Shown: piece after piece, positions 1 through 10,988 of the stretch
Layout of the letters: each line of letters starts with the position of its first letter
Position numbering within the stretch: the stretch's first letter is position 1
NCBI RefSeq assembly: GCF_001949145.1
Contig: NW_019091355.1
Location: 4,762,625 to 4,784,371 of the forward strand
Source: Acanthaster planci
Lineage: Eukaryota
DNA length: 21,747 bases
Direction: 5' to 3'
The notes under the pieces: generated by a model
Seen by the model: only the letters and a program-made list of their open reading frames with translations
Database searches by the model: none
Told to the model about the DNA's origin: nothing
Translations under genes and position numbers: made by a program

Positions 1-36
1 GAAACAGAGATATAGAAATTTGACATTCACCTCATG

Positions 37-94
37 GGGTCGTTACCTGCTTGTGGAAACGCTTTTGCAACTAACACTTCAGGCACCTCAAGCA
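37..94. repeat. Intronic reverse complement of the 2633-2737 exon
   Basis: 53-71 gtggaaacgcttttgcaac is the exact reverse complement of 2668-2686, with imperfect collinear extensions on both sides. Confidence 0.8.
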
Positions 95-2557
95 TTTTTT
101 GTCGGTGATAACAGTGTACCAAAAGTTCACACTTTCTTCGGTTATGAAATCACATTCGTTTTGCAACAGTCGGGAAGAACAGATTTTGTTTTCGGGATTG
201 ATTTACTTCTAAAAGAAAGGATTCAGCAAAAAATTTGTAAGGAAATCAAGTAATCTGGTTAATTTTTTCCAACCCTCATTTAATAAAATGAATGTGATAT
301 TCTTTCCTCAAAGTTGGGTGAAAATTTGGCACATCTTTCTCATACAGCGAAACATTCAGTGAAAAAAAAAGTAATGCACATGTACTCACTTGCAGATGAA
401 CCTTCCAAACTAAACACTTTTCAACAACACATGTATTTCTCTCGAATAACTAATTTTTTCCTTGTTTTCTCATACAGGTATGAAGATTCATGTGCGTCTT
501 CAAATCTTCCTTGTACTGAAATGCTAACGGCAAATTACTTGACACAAATTCACTTAGAAGTTTGAAAAGACAGACGATACAAGACGTACACAAAACGGTG
601 GAAAAAACCAGACCATCACTGAACTACATGTACGGTGCAGTGTTGATGTGTCAAAGGACACTGCAGAAGAAATAATCAATTAACCTTTTCTTCGAAAAAA
701 TTTAAATAATTGTCTAATGGCAAATTAGGTAATTTTATGGAGGTTGTATGAACAGTAATTAAAGCCCAGAAAAACTTACACACAGCTTTTTGATGTAAAT
801 CTGACAGCCCGCATTAGGTTTCAACCTTAATGACTCATAACACAACTTCATGGCTCACAACTTCATGATTCACCCTCGGCCTCAGGCTTCACAACACGAA
901 AATGGGACCCTAAAAATTTGACAAACACAACTAACGGAACAAACAAGGTGGGGGAAAACTACCCCTAGTTTGACTTCAATTTCAAAATAGCCGGGGTAAT
1001 GATACTGCACACGTTCTTTCAGCCCAAAATGACTTTTTAAAAGGCATTTAAGAACTGTGTCAAATTAAAATATGCAAGAGCTTTGTTGTATGACACGATG
1101 CATACTGCTATATGTACGTACACGTACACATGTTGAAGTGGATTTAATACAAGCACGTGCTAAACTGTGAGATTTTTGTTTCAAGGTGCAAGATCGGCCA
1201 TCTAATATGCTAAATCTACAGGGAAGTTGTGAACCTGCTCAGACAAAATGCAGCACCAAAAAAAAGAGAGAAAATTTGTGGTATCACGTTCTAAAATATG
1301 CCAGTACTGTACAAACCATAAAAAGTGTGCGCCCCAAGTCAGTAAACAGAGCAAAGGCCAAAATGAAAGAAGAAAAATTAAAAAAAAAAACTAAAAGCTA
1401 AAGTGCACTGTGACGGGAAGACTGCGTGAGTGCCAGAGAGCACAGCATTCTGTCATTCATACTGTTAATTGTGAGTCTAGTGTTAAGAACAAACCACTTC
1501 AAACAACATGATAGTGCCAAGTATGAACTCTGTCTAATCTACATGTACAATGTAATAAGGCCACATCTCCCCTCATGCAGTTAAAAACTATCACTGAGTC
1601 CAGGAAGTCAACTACTGGCGTGCAGGTAAGAAACATTGCCAAACATGCCACAAATGCTAATGTTAGAGAAGAAAACTCTTGAGATGGCTGGGTATGTGAC
1701 CGGAAGCCCCCTCCCTTCCAAGGGCAAATCTAGGACTGGAACTCAAAAATGAAGTGCAATTTGTACAAGTACCTTCACACAGTATTCCCCAATCTTCACT
1801 TTGCAGTATATATTCCACACAGCAATAGTGAAAATTCTCCTGATTTTTTGTTCAATTATTCCCCAGGGATATTGCGCATCTACTGTACATGTACTTTAAG
1901 ATCCCCTATTAATCTGACAGAGAACCCATCAAAACAACCAAACAGTTACCAAATTACATCCCCCTACCCTCTCTCCCCCCCCCGTCATCAAACATCTACA
2001 TCTATACCCCACCTTATCAGATTCTGCACTCCATGAGGTCCAAAGTTAATAGAATCTTCACCCCCAGCACCCTAAAATCCAACCACATCCTGCCTCGTCT
2101 GTAATCCCTTCCCCAGGCGAAGATTCTGCGTGCACAACAAACTGCAAGGTCGCCAGCAACCTACCGGTAAGTCTGTTCACGCACCCCAAATTGAGATCTA
2201 TATTCGTCCATGAGCAAGCCCATCCCCAGCCTCCTAGTCCTAACCCTAAAAATCTCTCTACGTGATGCAGGAAGAAACGACTGTCGTGGGATCACATGAA
2301 AGAGCCCATGATGAGCCGAACAAACATGGTGACCAGACAATGACCTGCAGTGCTACATGAACATGTACGCAACACACAGTTGGGTGGACTAAACTTGCAT
2401 CTCGACAATACTGGGTAAAGGAGGGTATGTCTTTCATTGTTTATCATTAGTACAACAAGGAAGAACATACACATGATACATTGGTGAACATTTATCCAGA
2501 CAGAAAGAGGTATAGAGAGAGAGAGTACACTACAGCTGTGGTGGTGATGATGGTGTG

Positions 2558-2563
2558 TTTATT
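2558..2563 (-). promoter_or_regulatory. Candidate polyadenylation signal AATAAA for the short isoform
   Basis: tttatt on the plus strand, about 58 nt after the TGA at 2621, followed on the minus strand by CA dinucleotides and GU/pyrimidine-rich sequence. Confidence 0.45.
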
Positions 2564-2620
2564 TCAACGACAATCTTTCACAACCACTCGTACCAAGGCA
2601 AAGAAAATACAAGTTTTGGC

Positions 2621-2737
2621 TCACGTTCTCACCTCCTGCTTGGGAGGGTACTTGGGCCGTGATTGGTGTTGCAAAAGCGTTTCCACGATTTTATAATGGC
2701 CCTGCTGGGTAGCCACCTCGAGCGGCAAAAATCCGCC
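2621..2737 (-). CDS. ANK2: Divergent ANK-repeat-5 exon: GGFLPLEVATQQGHYKIVETLLQHQSRPKYPPKQE(VRT*); probable alternative terminal exon (internal donor after 2633, or stop at 2621-2623)
   Basis: Acceptor ttacctttcccAG after a long pyrimidine tract; phase 0 and in frame with the previous exon. Homologous to canonical DGFTPLAVALQQGH...V..LL but lacks the following DTKGKVRLPALHIAA. Donor GAG|GTGAGA gives a 105-bp exon; read-through gives VRT-TGA. Confidence 0.75.
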   Translation of the reverse strand, partial: GGFLPLEVATQQGHYKIVETLLQHQSRPKYPPKQEVRT

Positions 2738-3419
2738 CTGGGAAAGGTAAGTCGGAGCGAGGGTAGTAGGGGAGGAGGTTTTTTCACACCATTAATGGGG
2801 AGAGTGAGGTTGAGGGAGGAGTCGATGGGGACGTAAAATTCAGTTGGCAAAAAGCCCAAGGCAAATTCCAAGCATGCGTGCGTGAGAGAAATGAAAACGT
2901 TAAAAAGTGAAAGAGGGAACGGAGGGGTACAAATCGCTGTACGGCAAACAAACTTTACAGTGAACTGTTTTGTGCAATGCCATGACGATGTGTAATCCCC
3001 ATCTTGAGACTGCCATCAAGTCAACGCTGATAATTCCTTACATTCCTGTGTCCAGTTTAATTGAACCTTTTGCTAAAGTGTTTGAACAGGAATGTCCTCA
3101 TTTCACCTGACTTTTCTCTAATATCATCCACTGCACAAAAGTTTTTTGGATCATAGAGACTGTATGATTGACCATCTTTCATTGTAGCAGTCTGCCTGTG
3201 ATGATCTAATAATTTTAATAAAATTGATAAAAAAAATTGAACCACTTCGTTGCTCTTGCTCTATGGCCATGAGTGACAAAAAAACAAGACATGTCAAGAG
3301 TAAATGCAGATTTCCCTGGTTTAGTAGCTGGGTCAAGCTCTATCGTATCTGTGGTAATACTCAGTCACATGACTGGTTATGGAAATGTTAGACTTCCCTC
3401 AAGTTGACCTGCAACATTG

Positions 3420-3467
3420 TGATACTTTTGACTGATAATATGGATATATTATCAGTCAAAAGTATCA
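3420..3467. repeat. Perfect 22-bp inverted repeat with 4-nt loop
   Basis: tgatacttttgactgataatat-ggat-atattatcagtcaaaagtatca. Confidence 0.95.
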
Positions 3468-3926
3468 TGAAGTTTGGGATTAAACTAAAACTGGATTGCA
3501 ATAGTGTGGCTTGAAAAAGACCAGAAGCTATCACCTGACTATGGATTGAGGAGCTTTAAATACTGTCCATCAACATTATTTTGGCAGTGGAAAAAAATCT
3601 TATCAGGTTAGTGCAAGGTCTTATCTTATCGGGTCAGTCTCAGAGGTTCATTCCAGTTAGCCCTGTTCGGGTCTTGCAAGCAGTATGAAATAATGTTCCA
3701 CAGATAATCCATCTGGATTCCATTGAGAATTTTGTCCAACCACATGTATCAAGAGGCTTTCACTCTAAAAACAAAATCATTGTTTTTTCCCCCTTCCCTT
3801 GTTTCCTCTTCATGAAGTGTGACTTGCAGTTACTTCTTTCAATTTGGATGACGGCAAATATTAGCATATCTGTAGAGAAACGTCACAGTGGCTGGAAAAA
3901 GGCTAGCCAATCATTGAAAGTCTTAC

Positions 3927-4025
3927 CTCCGTAGCCAGGTTCTGGTTGGCATTGTGGGCTAGAAGGTACTTGACCACTTCGCCGTGGTTTTCCTGGGCCG
4001 CCATGTACAATGGTGTGAAGCCGCT
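3927..4025 (-). CDS. ANK2: Ankyrin internal exon, ANK repeat 4: [33 protein letters not shown]
   Basis: 99 bp, phase 0/0, acceptor tttgccttacAG, donor GAG|GTAAGA. Carries the [19 protein letters not shown]...ANQ..ATE signature. Confidence 0.97.
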
Positions 4026-4162
4026 CTGTAAGGCAAAGGTTCAAAGGAAAAATCATGAATTAACAACCTTTTTAGAAGTAGGGCACGTCGCAAGACTCAA
4101 GACGATGCAGACTGATCATACTCTTGACTACCGTACGTGGTGGATATGCAACAGATCATTTG

Positions 4163-4416
4163 GTTGATTTCAACCAACTACAGTATATGATGTAATGATT
4201 TGCAACCAACTGCTTTGTTGATTGGCAACCAGCAGCTCAGCTCCTTTGCAACCAACCACTCAGTTGATTTGCAACAACTGCCACAATGATTTGCAACTGA
4301 CAGCTTATAATTGATTTGAAAGAAACTGCTGATAGTTGATGTGCAACACACTGCTCAGATGATTTGCAACCAACTGCCAAGTTGATTTGCAACCAACTGC
4401 TTTGTTGTTTGCTATC
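4163..4416. repeat. Degenerate minisatellite, ~23-bp unit (gttgatttgcaaccaactgcNNN), roughly 10-11 copies
   Basis: Recurring tgatttgcaac(c)aactgc cores at approximately 22-25 bp spacing. Confidence 0.9.
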
Positions 4417-6126
4417 TTCAACTTTGCCGTGTCCGCAACAAATAGTTTTGACTAGTCCCGACATGTTTTTCAATGAAGTTTATCGAGACAGAGATTTGTT
4501 TTGCGAGTAAACTCCTGCTGATGCCATGAGTATTTTGATGAGAAAAAAATACAGTGTGAAGAGGGATGGATAATCTGAGATGTGACAATTTTCTGGGAGC
4601 GAACACTGTGGCAAGTTATACATGTATCCATGTAGGTAACATGCAACTAAACTGGCGATCCCATGAAACTATAGGATCTGACATGGCATGTAAGCATTGT
4701 GTTGTTTGACATCTATGGAAATGTACAAATGTGGATGTACGTAAAAAATACAAACACATAAAAGATTGTTATTCCATTAGGCTTCCTGCCAACCACTTCC
4801 ACTTCCAATATTAGTTTCATTAGAATTGACCCACATACCAACATAGCAAAAACCGACATCATACATGTGCGTATTTCTTCCCCGTAACACTTTTTCCCAT
4901 TTTTCCCATGACCAGCTCCCACTGTCACTTCTGGCCAAATTGTCGTCAACTAAGCGCTGTAACAGCCTGCCTACAGGTATGTCTGCATAAATATGAGGCC
5001 GGAAATTTGCAAAATGTGGGTGTAACTATAAATGAGATCTGCGAAAAGAGGGTGTAACTATGATTGTGATGCGTATGGGGTGAGTTCATGAAACGGTGGC
5101 AAAAAGTTGCTGAAAACTAAAAAGGTTGATATCAATAAGTAAAAAAGGAATACTGTAGTGAGAGGTAACTTCACTAAGAGAAACTCCTGCATTCTACCGT
5201 AGGAAATCTACCTTAAAAAAGCTGTATTACGGTAATACGCAGCAAAATCAAAAATGTGATTAGTGCTCGTCTTCACTTTTTTTTTCTTTTATAAATACTT
5301 AAAACTTTAATAGAGAAACAATAAAGGCACGCTCTAATGATGTCTTCAGACAGGCGGCGTGATCGGCTGCTTTGTGAGCATGATCAGAATGGAAATGAAA
5401 CATGGCTTCCCATTGGCTCATTGCTAGTTGGTGAACATCTCCCAATAACTCACCTGTACACCGTGGCGTCTTGGCTGGTCTTTACGAATCTAAGAGTGGC
5501 AAAATATGGTTCGGATATGTACACCGCATTTTCTTTTTCCAGGGCTTAATTTTTTATATAAAATATGCAAATGACCGCTGGAAGTCTACGAGAGTAGGAT
5601 TCTGCATTTGAATTTTTATGCATTTCTCTTTAAGCCATTAACTTTCAGTCAAATCCTGTTTGTGAAGATGACAGAATGGGCCACTGCAAGGTTTTCTTAG
5701 GTTTACTTTTCATCTTAAAATGTTATCTGTGGAAATCCAGGTATTAATTCATTTAAACATTTCATAAAGCAGCCATTCACCAGTACAGCATTTTTGGGTG
5801 CATAATGTCGTGTTGGCTGTGCACGTCCATGCACGTTTCGATTTGAGTAGCAGCTCCATGGGAAGAATGGGGAGTGGGGTGAGGGAGAAACCCAACGGGC
5901 TATGCACTTGCGCACTAGTTGAGACACACATGGAGCACACGGAAAGCACAAGTCAATTCATCTGAATGCGCAAATCATGTGCATGGTTACAGCGGCATCA
6001 AAACATGTCGGCCCGGCCTTTCTCTTTTTCGCCAGTGAGGGGGCACTCACGCAAACTGTTGTAAATGGCATACATGATGAACCTACATGTACATGTACAG
6101 CAGCAAAGTAAATGAGCTAAACCAAC

Positions 6127-6225
6127 CTGTGACTGTACGTTGACATTGGCGCCGTGCTCCACCAAGGCTTCCACAATGGGCTGCTGGCCAGCCAATGACG
6201 CAATGTGAAGGGCAGTGTTTCCTTT
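6127..6225 (-). CDS. ANK2: Ankyrin internal exon, ANK repeat 3: [33 protein letters not shown]
   Basis: 99 bp, phase 0/0, long polypyrimidine tract ending cccttcAG, donor CAG|GTTGGT. Carries the [14 protein letters not shown]...GAN.N.QSQ signature of canonical ankyrins; also visible within ORF 5998-6318. Confidence 0.97.
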
Positions 6226-7393
6226 CTGAAGGGACACAGGGAAAAAACGGGGGAGGAAAAAGATTGAAAAATTACTTTCATCCCACGATACAATTGCTGC
6301 ATATTCTTCACCTGCCATCTTTCATCACCTGAACACAAAGTGCTTGATTGATCATGCTGCCAGCAAAGGATTGTGAAATGCCAACTTCTACTCTTTCATG
6401 GTGAGTTTCTCAGGACCTTAATACATGTATACTGTAGCCCTTTTTTATATGGAACCAACACTTCAATGGCCCATAGAGAGGACATGACCCTTACGGATGA
6501 CGACAGTGGTTCTCTCATGCCCATTAAGGACAAGTGTACATCAATCTCAACGAGCACTGAACTCAACCAGCAATGTGCTGTGTTGGTTTTTTTTCCTCCA
6601 TGTACAAGTCCTGCCAGTTCAAGGTCACTTACTTCACTTGCTTCTTCAGTTGACAACGGTAATTCATTCACGGCATTGCAAAGGAATGCTCGTACGGCGC
6701 AAATTGGACACGTTCCAAAGATGTGACTGACAGTTGGCAGGCAGCTTTTGGCGAGTCTGCATTCACGTACACGCACATGCAATGTCTTGGATGCAATGTG
6801 AGCAATTCTAAGCGGCTCAAAGCGACATTCTAAACCACAGTAATTGGGATAGTTCTCAGATATCTGTTGATGCAATTTAAACTGAAACAGACTGCGTTTT
6901 CACTTTCAACCAAAATTACGTCAATCGCTGGCAAGGAATCTTGATGACATTAAGATGCAGGTGAGGATGAATCCTTCTCACATACTGATCAAATTCAATG
7001 CAATGCCAGCTTGCAGCAAACAGCATTCTGTATAAACCTATGCGTAATTCCAATCAACTTCCAAAAAATCTGATTCTAATCTTTTTCGTATCAATTACAA
7101 AGGTTATGTGCAGTCATAGCAGCTAACACTTTATCTCCTTCAGAACACGCATTTCAAAAGGAACAAGAGCTTCCGGTACTTGTAAATTTATAAAACTCAA
7201 ATTTTAAATACCTGCTGGGCCCAAGGCTTTATGCAAGACGGGTCTAATTTTGGTATATCTTTTCAAAACTCTCAAATGCTTATGCCCAAGCAACTGGAGG
7301 GAAAATGGTGCGATCCATTTCTCACATCCAATGCTGGCTAAAATTCCTAGCTCGGCAGACAAGGCGGCCAAGAAAAGTTCAACACTTTTGTAC

Positions 7394-7492
7394 CTTAGTG
7401 GCAGCATCCACATTGGCGCCTCTCTTCAACAGCTCCTTGACGATGTTCAGATGGCCCTCTTTGGAGCTGAGGTGAAGGGCGTTCAATCCGTT
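7394..7492 (-). CDS. ANK2: Ankyrin (ANK1/2/3 family) internal exon, ANK repeat 2: [33 protein letters not shown]
   Basis: Translated by hand: 99 bp, phase 0/0, acceptor ctgcctgcAG, donor AAG|GTACAA. Closely matches the canonical ankyrin exon [26 protein letters not shown]. The symbol is family-level; the paralog cannot be resolved. Confidence 0.96.
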
Positions 7493-8091
7493 CTGCAGGC
7501 AGACAGCAAACAAAATTTGTGATTAAGAAGCATTTCTTAACATGCATACAATGTGCCAGATCTTTCGTGTCAACAAATACTGGCACTTCTTCAAACGTAC
7601 AGCACTAGTACACCTGACTTTACCACAATATACCTATCCAAATTCATAAATGCAGTGCAAATCCTTCCACACTTACCCACATCTTGACACTTCCATTTTG
7701 CAAGTCCATATATGTAGATGCACGTATAAGTACATACTTCTTGGCACTTAATGTTTCATATCCACATACACAAAAAAGTTTGCTTATCAACTTTGCTGGC
7801 ATCCTGAGCTTAGTACACAGTCTCTTACAAGGCCTTGCACAATTTCAAGAAAATGGACCACAATAAAGAGCATGGTTTCTGCCCTTAAAGCACATGTCGG
7901 GGTCTATGTATTTAACATTAACCCCACTCAGGTGAGCGTAAAAATTGTATCGAAATTGGAGGATTGAGGACTGTTAGGGGGTAAAGGATCTGTACACATA
8001 AATGTGTGATATTGGAAGTCTCCAACATGAATATTCCACTGCGTTATTAAGAACACTGCACATTTGCGGGAATTAACAGGTATCAAATATA

Positions 8092-8964
8092 NNNNNNNNN
8101 NNNNNNNNNNNNNNNNNNNNNNNNNNNNNNNNNNNNNNNNNNNNNNNNNNNNNNNNNNNNNNNNNNNNNNNNNNNNNNNNNNNNNNNNNNNNNNNNNNNN
8201 NNNNNNNNNNNNNNNNNNNNNNNNNNNNNNNNNNNNNNNNNNNNNNNNNNNNNNNNNNNNNNNNNNNNNNNNNNNNNNNNNNNNNNNNNNNNNNNNNNNN
8301 NNNNNNNNNNNNNNNNNNNNNNNNNNNNNNNNNNNNNNNNNNNNNNNNNNNNNNNNNNNNNNNNNNNNNNNNNNNNNNNNNNNNNNNNNNNNNNNNNNNN
8401 NNNNNNNNNNNNNNNNNNNNNNNNNNNNNNNNNNNNNNNNNNNNNNNNNNNNNNNNNNNNNNNNNNNNNNNNNNNNNNNNNNNNNNNNNNNNNNNNNNNN
8501 NNNNNNNNNNNNNNNNNNNNNNNNNNNNNNNNNNNNNNNNNNNNNNNNNNNNNNNNNNNNNNNNNNNNNNNNNNNNNNNNNNNNNNNNNNNNNNNNNNNN
8601 NNNNNNNNNNNNNNNNNNNNNNNNNNNNNNNNNNNNNNNNNNNNNNNNNNNNNNNNNNNNNNNNNNNNNNNNNNNNNNNNNNNNNNNNNNNNNNNNNNNN
8701 NNNNNNNNNNNNNNNNNNNNNNNNNNNNNNNNNNNNNNNNNNNNNNNNNNNNNNNNNNNNNNNNNNNNNNNNNNNNNNNNNNNNNNNNNNNNNNNNNNNN
8801 NNNNNNNNNNNNNNNNNNNNNNNNNNNNNNNNNNNNNNNNNNNNNNNNNNNNNNNNNNNNNNNNNNNNNNNNNNNNNNNNNNNNNNNNNNNNNNNNNNNN
8901 NNNNNNNNNNNNNNNNNNNNNNNNNNNNNNNNNNNNNNNNNNNNNNNNNNNNNNNNNNNNNNNN
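8092..8964. other. Assembly gap
   Basis: Run of N. Confidence 1.
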
Positions 8965-9801
8965 GGTACATGTACCATGCAGGGGCACAGGTACATGTAC
9001 ATGTATGTGTACATTATCCAATGAAAAATTGGCACGTATCATAATCCAAAAGTGCTCAATACAACTCTGCAGATCCATAATAAGTACTGGAAAAATTAGG
9101 ATACCAGTTTTAACTTTGGCATTTTCTGGACAGACTGTTTCGTGCCGTTACGTAGGGCACTCATCAGCAGAATTTCAAAGCACATTATGTAGCTTCTGTC
9201 ATAATGTATGTGTACAGTATGTACTTACTGCAAACATGTACACGGTGCTTGTTTCTCTCCAATGAAAAAATTCAATAGTGATTCGGCATTCATTCCTCAC
9301 TGCAGCTCGGACAGCGAGTTTGTCGCCGGCGGCAACGAGAGGGACGCTGGAAACTCAACACACACAGACACATGCCGCTCGGGGAATTTACATTTTAGAT
9401 TTCATTGGTTGCCTTAATCTCACTCTCCACTCCGAGCGCAGCTGTACGTGTACTCCAGTAACATAGGGAGGACACTTGAGAAGAAAATTTGTCAAATTCT
9501 GGGGACAATGATTTGTAGCAGGAATTTATCTCGCACAAAACATTAGACGTAGCAAAATCGCACCCACTCAAGTGCAAAACTGATGCTTATACAGATACAT
9601 GTACGGTACATTGTAATCTAAAAGAACAGGTGCAAACATGTTGCCTACGGGTTTTCCTTTTCAACCTGAGGAACATGGTCTCCTATACTAGTAGGTCATT
9701 TACCTGTACATAAACATGTAAACTGTAGAGCACAAATGTAAAAAGTTCCAACAGAGCATGTTGCCTTTCTAAGAGCAAATGGTTCACTTAACCATGTTAA
9801 C

Positions 9802-9838
9802 GTACATGTACATGTACATTTAGATATACATGTACATC
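9802..9838. repeat. (TACATG)n palindromic microsatellite, one example of many dispersed copies
   Basis: gtacatgtacatgtacat...tacatgtacat; similar runs near 8967-9012, 15247-15272, 16707-16722, 19155-19169, 19295-19311 and 21346-21365. Confidence 0.85.
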
Positions 9839-10249
9839 TACTGTACCAAACATGCAGCTCCACATACATGTCAGTACAAATCATTTGCAGTTGAAGCTGA
9901 ATGCTAATTAACCCATTCTTCCCCCCTCCCAATTTAAGTTACTTCTGATTTCTTTTTTTTTTTTTAGAACAAGGGCACTGGGGAAGGTAGGAAGATTCTA
10001 GTTTCTGGAGACTTTTAATGCAAGCTTTCAGCTTTGGAAATGTACCCACATCCCAATAAACTCACACATTTGCTACTGAGATGCACTTTAGTGTAAATGC
10101 ATAATCCACAGACATCATGAATTATTAGAAAGCTTCAGTCAACTTCAGAGCAAAAATGATCCCAAGCCTGGGCGATAATCAGGGGCGAGCGTGTGGGAAA
10201 ATGTTCATCCCCCTGGCCATGAGGATTTCACCCTACGCTGAACTTCGAT

Positions 10250-10988
10250 NNNNNNNNNNNNNNNNNNNNNNNNNNNNNNNNNNNNNNNNNNNNNNNNNNN
10301 NNNNNNNNNNNNNNNNNNNNNNNNNNNNNNNNNNNNNNNNNNNNNNNNNNNNNNNNNNNNNNNNNNNNNNNNNNNNNNNNNNNNNNNNNNNNNNNNNNNN
10401 NNNNNNNNNNNNNNNNNNNNNNNNNNNNNNNNNNNNNNNNNNNNNNNNNNNNNNNNNNNNNNNNNNNNNNNNNNNNNNNNNNNNNNNNNNNNNNNNNNNN
10501 NNNNNNNNNNNNNNNNNNNNNNNNNNNNNNNNNNNNNNNNNNNNNNNNNNNNNNNNNNNNNNNNNNNNNNNNNNNNNNNNNNNNNNNNNNNNNNNNNNNN
10601 NNNNNNNNNNNNNNNNNNNNNNNNNNNNNNNNNNNNNNNNNNNNNNNNNNNNNNNNNNNNNNNNNNNNNNNNNNNNNNNNNNNNNNNNNNNNNNNNNNNN
10701 NNNNNNNNNNNNNNNNNNNNNNNNNNNNNNNNNNNNNNNNNNNNNNNNNNNNNNNNNNNNNNNNNNNNNNNNNNNNNNNNNNNNNNNNNNNNNNNNNNNN
10801 NNNNNNNNNNNNNNNNNNNNNNNNNNNNNNNNNNNNNNNNNNNNNNNNNNNNNNNNNNNNNNNNNNNNNNNNNNNNNNNNNNNNNNNNNNNNNNNNNNNN
10901 NNNNNNNNNNNNNNNNNNNNNNNNNNNNNNNNNNNNNNNNNNNNNNNNNNNNNNNNNNNNNNNNNNNNNNNNNNNNNNNNNNNNNNNN
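10250..10988. other. Assembly gap
   Basis: Run of N. Confidence 1.

Noticed and set aside
450..483. Strong plus-strand acceptor-like motif ctaat-polyY-cAG|gtatga
   Set aside because: No supporting plus-strand exon chain; plausible by chance in AT-rich DNA.
841..867. cacaacttcatg duplicated in tandem
   Set aside because: Ordinary short slippage duplication.
1766..1776. 11-nt antisense matches to the repeat-4 exon (caagtaccttc here; ttcacaccatt near 2783)
   Set aside because: A few 11-mer matches are expected by chance at this search size.
2258..2344. Possible minus-strand terminal exon (VIVWSPCLF...IT*) after ctgcAG
   Set aside because: Poor pyrimidine tract and no homology.
4163..4416. 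CRISPR-like appearance of the repeat array
   Set aside because: Eukaryotic intron, contiguous degenerate units, no spacers and no cas genes.
4810..5095. Degenerate inverted similarity (4814-4838 vs 5073-5094) and a gggtgtaactat direct repeat, possible MITE relic
   Set aside because: No definable termini or target-site duplication.
6373..6875. Overlapping 117-aa and 159-aa ORFs
   Set aside because: Intronic, with no recognisable domain or convincing splice signals.
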